From NCBI GenBank assembly GCA_040954595.2, contig CM082594.2, positions 11,040,276 through 11,104,275 of the forward strand: a stretch of DNA of 64,000 nt, given 5' to 3'. Of the stretch, positions 1 through 10,617 are shown piece after piece. Below the pieces are notes generated by a model. That model was not told the origin of the DNA and searched no databases. It saw nothing but the letters and a program-made list of their open reading frames with translations. Each line of letters opens with the position of its first letter. Position 1 is the stretch's first letter. The position numbers and the translations under genes are program-made. Origin of the DNA: Balanoglossus misakiensis (Eukaryota > Animalia > Hemichordata).

Positions 1-354
1 GGCATGGTTGAGTGTAATGGTATAATCTCTATCATAACGCTTGAAATTGGCCAGAAGGCCAATATTTGTCGATGTGGGCAATGTTAAAGATATAAACCAG
101 GCTGGATATAACCTGGATATAAGCATATATTTTGTTCCGTTCACGAGACTGTTTATTGGGAAACAGAAGGGAAACTTATCTCAGCTGTGTAAGGCACCCC
201 TCCCCCACGACCTTTACTCTGTACCCCCTACCCCATGATCATGCCATCACTGCAAGGACCTTGGGACGGGAAATCTGGGCTTATCATATTTACGGGCAAA
301 AGAATTGTGCAACAGTGCGGATTATGATTGGTAAATATCGTCATCTTCAACGCT

Positions 355-361
355 TATAAAA
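355..361 (+). promoter_or_regulatory. TATA box of FAS1 paralog A
   Basis: TATAAAA about 75 nt upstream of the ATG; a similar TATAAAA..GACG context recurs upstream of paralog B. Confidence 0.6.
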
Positions 362-433
362 GAGACGTACCGTCTGGGTCACGAGGAAAGGACGACTGAC
401 TACCAACCTACGTGAGACTACACCAGCGTCAAC

Positions 434-1896
434 ATGAAAGGTGCAATAATCCTGGTTCTGTGTCTGGGCGCGGCGACTGCAGCCATCCTCGGCAAGAAGG
501 AGCTGCCCATCTCCGCTGAGGAAAACGTGCTGCAGGTCGCAGAGAAGCTCGGGGCAACGGAACTGATCAAATTGGTCGAGGCCGCGGGATTGAACGCTAC
601 CCTGAGTGGCAAAGGTTTGTTTCTAGAACTTTAATACTAATAATAGTCCGGAAAGTATTGTTCAGTACTAGTCCATGAAATTTCACTGTGCCTATTTGCC
701 AAATATGCACCACAATGTGTGACCACTAGGGATTTTGAAAGATGTAAAAATCATATTTATCTGGCGCGCTTCTGCTGGGCTTGACGCAATCATTACAAAA
801 TCACAATTTCCCCTTGAATTATTATAAATCTTTTCTTCTTGCAGGACCTTTTACTCTCTTCGCCCCCACAAACAAAGCCATCGCTCAACTCGACCCCTGG
901 TGGGTGGAGTACCTTGTCGGGAACGTCACTGCACTTCAAGAAATGCTTTCGCTTCATGTGGTTTCCGGCGCCGTCATGTCTTCGTCTCTTGGCAACGATA
1001 AGATACTGTCATCACTACAGGGCGCGCCCCTCCGAGCGAACATATACCAAAATGGTCTGACGGTGGGTAGAATAACTGTAATAGTATTTTGATGCATTTC
1101 AGTTTAATAGATGATTTTCCACTCATTGCGAGATCTCACGTAATAACCGTAACAACGGGTTGCTAGCCAAGTTGAGTCAAGCTTTGTATGAAAATTGTAA
1201 AATATGTGTCGTTTGTCCCATGTCACATTTATTCTGTCCCATTTGTAGGTTGTAACAATCAACGGAAGAAGTGTAGTCAGCGTTGACAACAAAGCATCAA
1301 ACGGTGTGGTCCATTTGATAGAGGGCGTGATATACTTGCCAACGCCTCATGACATGGCGTGGGTGCTGCAAAATGTTCCACAATATTCAACTCTGTTGGC
1401 CGCTTTGAAGGCCACCAATCTACTCTCAGTTTTGTCAGGTATGCTCTCTACTTACCAGTCACTGAACTAAAAGTAGCATGATGGCAGTGTTGCAAATATA
1501 TGTCAAACTTTCCTTGTGAGTTCTAAGGGTCGGGATTTCCCATTAAAATTATGTGCGCAATACTTGAAACAGTAACTAAGTTGGGTTTAGGGAGTCTAAT
1601 CTGTGTGTATACCTCCACATTCACAGGTCCGGGTCCTTTCACGCTATTTGCACCCGTGGATATGGCCTTTGCAAGACTTCCTCCAGGATCAGTGGACTAT
1701 CTTCTGAAGCACCCGGATGTCCTCAAGGAGATCCTGTTGTACCACGTGGTCAGCGGCACTTACTTCAGCGCAGGCGTCGCCGATGGTCAACTGCCAACAC
1801 TGGCTGGAAAGAATGTGATGGTCACCGCATCATCAGGTACTGTTCGTCACTTCGATCCCAGTCTTTAAAAAATAACAATGAGTGTGCCGAGATTGT

Positions 1897-1928
<32 letters not shown>

Positions 1929-2083
1929 GCGTTTTACTTATCTTGTTTGTGTTTTTATCTGCAGGGGAAGTTAAAGTGAATGGTGTTCATGTCCAGGCAG
2001 AAGAAGCGCCGAAAAATGGAGCTTTCTATGTACTTGATCACGTTCTTTTCCCTCCAAAAACGAGGTCTAAATTGGGTTTATAA
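434..2083 (+). CDS. Secreted two-FAS1 (fasciclin) domain protein, paralog A, 305 aa; exons 434-614, 845-1062, 1249-1438, 1627-1836, 1965-2083
   Basis: Signal peptide MKGAIILVLCLGAATA. FAS1 H1 motifs GPFTLFAPTNKA and GPFTLFAPVDMAF, central LHVV/YHVV, H2 motifs NGVVHLIEGVIY and NGAFYVLDHVLFPP. All introns are GT-AG with matching phases; exons sum to 918 nt and end in TAA at 2081-2083. Confidence 0.93.
1897..1926. repeat. (CAA)10 microsatellite in intron 4 of FAS1 paralog A
   Basis: Perfect trinucleotide run read directly. Confidence 0.95.
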
Positions 2084-2204
2084 TATACAAATAATTACCA
2101 TTTCCAGAACAAAATTTGCCGTTTTTGTATCGTCTTTTATTTTCTAGCCTTTGAACTCTGACCCGTGTTTGATGTCTATGACGTCACATAAAGTTTTTAA
2201 GCGA

Positions 2205-2210
2205 AATAAA
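2205..2210 (+). terminator. Polyadenylation signal AATAAA of FAS1 paralog A
   Basis: AATAAA about 120 nt after the stop; same position and context (gaaataaaat) as in paralog B. Confidence 0.65.
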
Positions 2211-5036
2211 ATACTTGCGACTTTTCAACACTCTTTTTGAAATTCAGTGTAGTATGTGTAGTATATTATACCAGAAGATACATGTATAGACTGGCTAGAT
2301 AATTTAAAAGGTTAAAGGAGATGAAGAATGGTTAAATTCATACATTACATGACAGTTACTCAGATAATGATGAGTGACAACATTTGCACGACTTTTTTTC
2401 ACCCAGCCAGGTGTGGGCAATCATCACTTGCACAACAAACCATTGATAAACAAACATCACACCTGTACAGGTAAGTGTGGCGAACACGTGTGTGACTGAC
2501 ACGTGTAGGGCCAACATATGTGTACGTGAGACCCAGTTCTGAAAAAGGTCACACTCATCTCGACTGAACACAATTCACCACATATTGAGTCCTCTCTATG
2601 TCGGATGAAAACATGCATCATCATGATTTTGACTCCATGTTTTCTGAAAATTCCTATGCAAGTTATTAAGTAATGTTCCTGCGACAGGCTGAAGTAAAAG
2701 GGTTTCTTCAGCTAATAATTTTGTTTTTGTCTTGTTCAATTCTTCATCGCGAACATTCAGATTCTTTGTATTAGATTCTTTCTTGTCCTGCATTTTCCCC
2801 TGGGATGGCCGCTCTAATCTTTGCTTAATATGTCGCCTGCCTAGTTGTAACCAGGGTGAAATCGTACGAGAGTTAATGTCACTCTACCCTACACTTAGTT
2901 TTGCGTGTACAGACAAGCAGATTCAACACCCAGGCAGCATTATTACATAACAGACTGGTCCCACGATCTTTCCGATCGCCCTGGAACCAACTTTGTCAAT
3001 AATTGGTGTGGACAAGCACGTATATTTTACAGCAGTGTGTGAAAATTGTTTCTGTTTTCACAGTTGGTCCCAACTAAATACACCCAATCTGATTTTGATC
3101 TGATTGAAATACACCCTGACCTACGCCTATACCAAGCTGTCCAAAACTCGCGATAGTGTAAAATGACCACCGAGTGCGATCGCATTTATTGACTTGAAAA
3201 AGTCTGCGATCTCTGGCATACGTTGTGAAGAGTAAACTGTCTGGTACCTGAAAACCTCGGCTTTACGCCTCTTTTCCAGTTTGTCGCCAACACAATTGAA
3301 AAAGCACAAAATGAACACCTGAGCATTGGCACGGCCTTGAGAATACAAACCTGTCGGCAGTGCGTCGGCAAACCATGGGAATTTTGCATAACAGGATTAT
3401 ATAAGCTATCACCAGTTGGTAGACCTATACTTTCACTTGTCTATTCAGGTAGAACAACAGTCCGAACCCAAGGCCGTTTTACCTAGCTTTGAAAATAGGT
3501 GAAACAAATCACGAGTCACAAAAATAGGGAGCAAAGAGTTGGAGGAAACGCTGAAGGTGGAGCGTCCACAAAAGACAAAGACCAGTAAATGCAAAAATGA
3601 AACTTCAGCATTCTGGCCCGGCGGAGCAAGATTAAAATACCTATCGGATAGCTGTAATCTCACACAACAAATTAAGTGTCTGTCTTTTTCATTTTACAGA
3701 ATTGGTTCAAAGGAGATTCGAAATGCAGATCATTGTCTCGCCGTGGAATCCCGGGGGTGTACCTCCCATGAAATGCAAAATGTACGACTTTGGTTAGTGG
3801 CCAGGCCAGTACTGAGCTCTAACCCCTGATCCCATATGTTTATCAATTTCACCAAAATATGTAACCCATTTAAAGCAAACCATTGACACATCATGTCATA
3901 TTGTCAAAACATTATATAGTCATAAGACATTGAATGGATGAACTTTGCATACACCATTATATGCATTCTGGATAAAATTGCTGAAATACGCACCCAAAGA
4001 TGGGGGTGAGGGTAAAATGCCTGTTTGCACTTAGTAGTCTGAGATGGTAAACAGCTCGGGAGGGGGAGTTCGTTTGCGATTCCGATCTCTGTCAGTCAAT
4101 TAGGGAATAAGTGTGTCGCAAACATTCAAGAAAGAAGGTTCGGGGTTTACGTAAAGCATAGACAGTAGAATCGCCTGAGACATGCGCGAACTTACTAAAT
4201 CGTGACTAACTGGAGACAATAGGACCCTCCCTTTGTTACCCCAATGTTCAGATTCGGGAATTGCACGGAATTATGTGTTTATCCCAAAATAGAAATGTTT
4301 TTGGTCTAACGTAGACAGTGGGCGTTACCAATCCCTTTGTCTATCTCAATAATATTAAGCGTTGGGAGAATAATTCATCGAATGACTTAGCTTCGAATCA
4401 AAAGTGATGGGTAGGCCCACCAGTAAACAAAGAGGTGCCCAGATGGCCTTGGCAAGTTTTTTTGTCACTTTACCGCAATTAGGACCGTATCATTACCTGG
4501 TGGGGAGAGGGGCGGGGTCTGTATGTGTAAGGGTGGCAAGAATGATTATAGCTCGCATCGACCAGAGACGGGCATCTTTCACACTACAGGCCGTCGTTTT
4601 TCTTTATTTTTTCTACCTCGTCTGCGATTCTTGTTGAAAAGGGCAGGTAAAGACCTGAGTGCCTAGTGCAATGTAGTCCTTATAACGACATTCGGAAAAT
4701 ATATAAACTTTGACGATAATGTCGAATCTGTCAACAAACAATAAGCTGATACATCAATTTAAAATCCAGTATCTATCCGAAATACGTTAAAATTCACTGA
4801 AAGGGATTTTCTAAGGCGCAAAGAGTCAACATAATGTAAACTACTTTTTTCTGTACTATATAACGAAGTTGTCTGTAGGTGACATGTAAGTCCAGGGAGG
4901 TTATTCCTTATATCACTATAAAAGTTACATCACCACCGCCACCACCACCACCACGACTACTACGCCTTCCCTGCCAGATAGTGGTAGAGTCCAAATTGCG
5001 GTCCAGTGGCAGCCCCTGACAACCAGGAGCAAATAA

Positions 5037-5043
5037 TATAAAA
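5037..5043 (+). promoter_or_regulatory. TATA box of FAS1 paralog B
   Basis: TATAAAA followed by GACG, about 65 nt upstream of the ATG, mirroring paralog A. Confidence 0.6.
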
Positions 5044-5106
5044 GACGAAGACAGTCACCCCATTCGCCACTCGGGTGGAAGAGACTGAGCAACTGAGAGA
5101 GGAAAC

Positions 5107-7584
5107 ATGGTTGACATGAAAGTTACTCTATGCCTTCTGCTTTGTCTAGGCGTGGCAGCCGCTGACATCTTTGACAAGGCTGATGAAAACATATTGCAAG
5201 TGGCGCAGAGGCTCGGAGCGACGGAATTGGTCAAAATGGTAGAGTTTGCAGGATTGAACGCTACTCTGGGTGGCAAAGGTATGTTTCTAGAAATTTGGTG
5301 TCTGGTCCACTCAGAAAAATATCTTTATGTGTCTTTTTCCAGCTCTATACTATAATTTGTTTTTAAAAAACAGGATGTATGTGAAGTCTCTCAATGAATT
5401 TGAATCAGATCCAAAAGAAGCACCAACTGACCACTTTTCAGACAGTTTTACTTTTAGGCGTGGAATTATTTACGCGGCTATCTGAAAAGTCGAAACAGTG
5501 CATGCCCTTGGTAACCTGCACATACAATGTACACGTAAATGTCAATCATGCGCTTGTACAAATCAAACTTGGAACAAGTAGACACATCGGTCATGTCTGA
5601 TTGGTGCGATGTTTCGGTAAGGTAGATATGAATATTCATAACCCACGCCCAAGATGCAATGCGCCATGTTCGTTGAAGCAATCGAGAGAGTCTGTTGGAG
5701 TTGTTTTAGAAGAGGCGAGAAAAAATTCAACATGAAGCATGGCCAAGGTCTAAGGGAGTTACATCACTGTTTGTTCTGCATTACCCATCAAGCAATGGCA
5801 ATCAGGATACTCCAAATATTTACTAAGTACAGAAGGTATAATAATGTACAGAGTTCAATTCGGCTCATGCCACGCCATATAGTGTGAAGGAGGGAAACGG
5901 ATTTGCTCCGTGTTTATAAAGACTCTGACAACGTTGGCTTTGTAATTCAAAGCAAATATTCTGAATCTACTCTGTTTGCCTCCCTCAAGTCAGCCCGAAA
6001 TACCTTACATGTACAATAAGACCACCCGGGGGTGCTCCCACTATTTTCATGCGGGTATGTGAACTCTGTCTGGACTAGGCTGTTGCGATAAAGTCATTGG
6101 TATTGGCGTACGGGGATCTTTAGCAATTAGATGACCTTAGATCCCTTCATTTCATACATCAGTGGGTTTGGGAATAAAATTTCTGCATTGTCCTTCACGG
6201 ACAATTCAGATGGGTTTCTCCGTCGCGCGCTCATGCGAATTACGTCTTTACATACAGCAGGGCCTATTCTATAACTTAGGCGCAGGCAAACACTGTGACG
6301 ACGGTCTAGACTTGTTACCATGAAGCTAGAAGGGGTCCATTGAAGTTGAAATGTCTGTTCTCTCCTTGCAGGTCCGTTTACGCTCTTCGCGCCCACCAAC
6401 AAAGCGCTTACCCATCTAAACGCTTGGTGGGCAGAGTACATTTTCAAGAACGTGACCGCACTTCAAGAAGTGCTCTCTCTTCACGTGGTTTCCGGCGCCG
6501 TCATGTCATCGTCTCTTACCAACGACAAGATTCTGACGTCCGTTTCGGGAGCCCCCCTCCGAGTGAACGTATACCATAATGGAATAGTGGTGAGTACAAT
6601 GTTTGGGCAAAATGATCTGAACTGATGTTTTTGCTGCACGTGCGAGTCCTGATCAGGTCGACCATTTTCCTGGATAGCCTCAATTTAATTTATTAATTTA
6701 CATTTTATTTAGGGAGGGTAGTCGAATTTACAAATTTCTCACAATCAGAGAACTCACATGAATGTTTCGTCTCATTTCTCTTTTCATATTAGCTTATAAC
6801 TCTCAACGGAAGAACTGTGAACGCCATCGACAACGTCGCTTCAAACGGTGTTGTCCACCTGATAGAGGAAATAATATACTTGCCAACCCCTCACAACATG
6901 GCGTGGGTGCTGCAAAATGTTCCACAATATTCAACTCTGTTGGCCGCTTTGAAGGCCGCCAATCTACTATCAGTTTTGGAAGGTACGTTTTCCGGTTATC
7001 CAAGTAGGCTGAAGTGTTACGAAACATCTCAAACCTGCCGGGGGGGGGGGGTCATGTACTCCTAATTGTCAATAAGTCTGCCGCCGTGTCCTTGGTATAT
7101 GCAGAACAGAAATGATAGAACTATCTCTAACTATGGTCTGTGTACGTACACGCTCCACACAGGTCCCGGTCCATTGACGCTGTTTGCACCCGTGGATATG
7201 GCTTTTGCAAGACTTCCCCCAGGCACCATGGACTATCTTCTGAAGCACCCGGATTATCTCAAGGAGCTCCTGTTGTACCACGTGGTCGGCGGAGCTTACT
7301 TCAGTCCAGGTGTCGCCAACGGTTGGCTGCCGACAATGGCGGGCGGACAAAGGGTGTACATAACTGCGAAGTCAGGTATTGGCCTCTACTTTCTCTCTCC
7401 ACTTTCATGCAATAAATCATTCTGTACAGTGTTTTTACTGGGGCTTTATTCTTTTTTTGCAGGTGGAATAGAGGTAAACAGCGTGCACGTTCAGTCAGAA
7501 GAGGCCCCGAAAAACGGAGCTTTCTATGTTCTTGACCAAGTTCTTTTTCCTCCAAGCTTTGCGTCTAAACCGGCTTTCAAATAA
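5107..7584 (+). CDS. Secreted two-FAS1 (fasciclin) domain protein, paralog B, 304 aa (alternative start 5116); exons 5107-5278, 6372-6589, 6793-6982, 7163-7375, 7463-7584
   Basis: Signal peptide MKVTLCLLLCLGVAAA. Same FAS1 motifs, intron positions and phases as paralog A (exons 2 and 3 are 218 and 190 nt in both). Exons sum to 915 nt ending in TAA. Confidence 0.93.
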
Positions 7585-7732
7585 ACGCCCGGCAGTTTAT
7601 TTTTTGGCGATATGTGACTAGTGTTTTATATTAGTGATCTTTCTCGCCTTGAATTATGTGACGTCACGTGGTATGTACTCCTACACTGGGTTTATATGTT
7701 ATTTAATTAATTACTGGTTATGATTCGGGTGA

Positions 7733-7738
7733 AATAAA
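7733..7738 (+). terminator. Polyadenylation signal AATAAA of FAS1 paralog B
   Basis: AATAAA about 150 nt after the stop, context shared with paralog A. Confidence 0.65.
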
Positions 7739-7778
7739 ATGCTGTTCACAATTACATGTTCTCTTGAAATTCACTGTA

Positions 7779-7920
7779 TTAAAGGTATACGGTCACTTCC
7801 AATTTACGTATGTCCATATATGGTGGCGTTCTTTTATCGCGTGTGCCACCCACTGAAAATCTCAATTTGCCATGGTAACTGTAACTCTATAGAGTTGCAT
7901 AGGTGACCGTATACTTTTAA
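7779..7920. mobile_element. Short non-autonomous DNA transposon (MITE) flanked by TTAA, Kolobok/T2-like
   Basis: Left end TTAA|AGGTATACGGTCAC and right end GTGACCGTATACTT|TTAA form an inverted repeat with 1 mismatch. TTAA TSD with purine termini is the Kolobok/T2-MITE signature. A diverged partial copy lies at 33599-33658. Confidence 0.7.
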
Positions 7921-8259
7921 GTTATCGATAATATCAGAGAGCGTCCGACTCATGAAGATCCGGTTATTGGCCAAACACATTATTTACCACTATGAGGTGT
8001 GATATGATAATTGCTTATGCAACTGTTAAACCTGGTTGCTCACTCCCAAATCACGCACATTCTAATGAGAAGAAGACGAGAGAATATGGCCGAAGCATTT
8101 TCAGAGAACGCTTATTCATCACAAAGCACTCTAAGCCTAATTGATACATACAGTAACACCGTGAAATTAAAAACTACGACAGGTTAAAATCCATGACCGC
8201 GCATTCCTATACATGTGCAACACTGTCTAACGCGAATGTTGCCTGTCTATACACTGTAA

Positions 8260-9162
8260 GGGAGCATTCGTTTTTTACAGGGAGGGGGGGGCCGGTGGAA
8301 TTTGAGTCGCCGACTAAATGTAAAAGGCAACCCCCCCTCGAAATTACTTTTCTAAAATGTGTCCCCCCCTAAATTCTTCAATTGTAAAATGTGACCCCCC
8401 CCCCCCCCCCCGAAAAAAAAAAGTTTATCCACCGGATTAAACTTATCAAACTTTGTCAGATATTTAGACTGACCATTGTTATTGTTGACATATGATTCTA
8501 TTCAGAATTACATTCATTCTATCTTGTAAAAAAAGAAAAACAGCACTCCCATGAAAAGAATTTGAAACTGATGTTTCCCCTCATCAGTGGGTATTAAAAC
8601 TGAACATTGTTTTTATTTTTTAAGTATCTGTATTCTGTGTTGGGAGACATTGTAAACCAAGAATTGAAGGGGGTGGGTTTGGGAGGGGGTGTCCCCCTCC
8701 CACGTAAGAAAATTTTATAAAATACAGAGCTCAAAGCTGCATTTTAATGAACCCGGCAAAAGCAAATTAACTCAACTACCGGTATGTTGGGGAGGACAAA
8801 TTTAACCGTCGCCGCTCAAAGTTATCATGGGGTGGGGGCAAGTCCCCTGACCTGGGACACTATAGATAAACCAGTCAATGATTGAAAGGTGTTGATGAGG
8901 GGTGGGTGTGGGAGGGGGTTTCCCCCTCCCACGTTAGAAAATTTTGTAAAATAAAGGGCGCGAAACTGCATTTTTGCGGACTCAAAATAAACATTTAGTC
9001 GTCAAAGTGTGCTATGATTCCATACAAATCTGTTGTAAAAATTGTCCCCCCCCTAAACCATTGATTATAAAATTTGTCCCCCCCCTAAAAACTGCTTTGT
9101 AAAAGTAAACCCCCCCCTGATTTCCACCGGCCCCCCCCTCCCTGTAAAAAACGAATGCTCCC
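8260..9162. mobile_element. 903-bp non-autonomous PIF/Harbinger-like MITE
   Basis: Perfect 41-bp TIRs (8260-8300 and 9122-9162, starting GGGAGCATTCG) flanked by a 3-bp TAA duplication (8257-8259 and 9163-9165). Subterminal 'aaaa..tgtcccccc' repeats; no coding capacity. Confidence 0.88.
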
Positions 9163-9229
9163 TAACTGGACACATATATATTTCCATGGCGACGTCTCAC
9201 GATGACATGCCGCACAGCCCCGGTAGCAT

Positions 9230-10448
9230 TTACGCGAAGTCGTTGCAACAACAGGAGTCTGAAACGGAAATGACACCATAGCCATTTCGTGAGTTGGGTT
9301 CACTATGTCACCATGAAACATCTTTGATGATTTCATAGTCAACTTCTGTCAATTATTTCCCAAAAGGTAGGGCCGTTATAACTACAACGCATAATTAAAG
9401 AGGTGAAAGCTACTGAGAGACTTACTTCTGTATTCGCAAATAAAACCTTTGGGCCGTAGGTTACAGTACTCGTCATCCCACTGTCCGCTGCTACCAAATC
9501 TAAACCTGGAAGATATTTCACATTGACATAAAAATGTGATTTCGGTGCACAAAAACATGTCGAATGCGAGTCTTATACAAATTGATCAATGCCTTGCCTT
9601 ATAGTACTATGGGATAAATTGAAGACAATCTTTGCCTAATGGAATATTTACCATAGTTGTACACAATCCTGGCCTTCCTCCGAGTTTTTCTTCGTGTTGT
9701 TATCCGGGTTCTCTGGTGACCAGTTTGTGTAGTTCTCACAGGGTGCGTCCGAGTCACCAGAACCGTCCGGGAAGCTGCTGGACCACACGAAAACGCCCTC
9801 AGTGTCTCTGTCCTCCAGGCCGACCCAGAAACCAAACTTTTTGATGCAAGGTGGTCCGTCGAGGCCCTTGGAGACGATGAAGTTGCGCACGGCCGTGTCG
9901 GTTCTCTCGTCACTCAGATGGGCAAGGCGACCACCTCGTTCCTGGCACACCGCCGCGGCGGCCTCGTACAGGGTGAGATTTGACGACCTATCCCGCTTCT
10001 GTTCGCAAAACACTTCGTATTGTCTACAGTCGCAAAAGTGGGCAGCTGAAACATAGACGGAGAATCGGCCATGATCATGAGTCCAGATCTCATCATTATA
10101 ATAAATAAGTAAAACAGAATTGAAAAGAGTTTTACACTTACCTGGACATTGCTGTTATGATATGTCAAGAGAAAACACCAAAATATATGTTAATTTTGTG
10201 GAAAAAGTGTTATCAGTCAATGCAATAACGTCATTGGAAGTCTATCTTAGCTTTGATATGATCTGGGTTATAGACATTTCACGTTTTTGGCCGAATGAAT
10301 TTGGTAATGTGTCAACCCAAAGAATATTACTTCGGAAGTGATTCCATTGAAATATTTATTATAATTAAATGGGGAGCGGACTTACCGATGTTACTATGGT
10401 AATCGAGCCAAAAAGCATCATTACCATAAGCGCGAAAATTGTCGCCAT
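9230..10448 (-). CDS. Secreted single-domain C-type lectin, 191 aa; coding exons 10448-10386, 10151-10142, 10045-9652, 9505-9426, 9258-9230
   Basis: Signal MATIFALMVMMLFGSITIVTS. CTLD motifs A..VC..RGGRLA, FWVGLED, FVW, YTNW.PENPDN, DCVQLW, QWDDEYC...GFICE. All junctions are GT-AG with matching phases; exons sum to 576 nt ending in TAA. Confidence 0.9.
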
Positions 10449-10541
10449 GTCTGTCTGGAACGAAATTAAAACCGCATCAATTCATTCGGAGAGGTTTTCG
10501 GTCCGAAACAACCCGAGAGGTGTTTAAAACAGGATGCTTAC

Positions 10542-10617
10542 CTTGTGTCCGCCGGTATGTACAGTTCTGTTCTGCACCAAGTCTGTGTCGAAGCACAGAA
10601 ATGTTCAGACTTTATAA
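10542..10617 (-). promoter_or_regulatory. Probable non-coding first exon and TATA box of the C-type lectin gene
   Basis: Minus-strand TTATAAA at 10611-10617, GTAAG donor at 10541-10537, and an acceptor just upstream of the ATG (about 10455). Confidence 0.5.

Noticed and set aside
3750-6060. Similar 'cccgggggtg..ctccca' starts at 3750 and 6025
   Set aside because: May be ends of a dispersed repeat, but the match is short and I found no partner TIR or TSD.
7376-7462. Stop-free in-frame 87-nt intron in FAS1 paralog B (ORF 7066-7584 reads through)
   Set aside because: Canonical GT-AG at the same position as paralog A intron 4, which contains a stop; read-through is likely chance.
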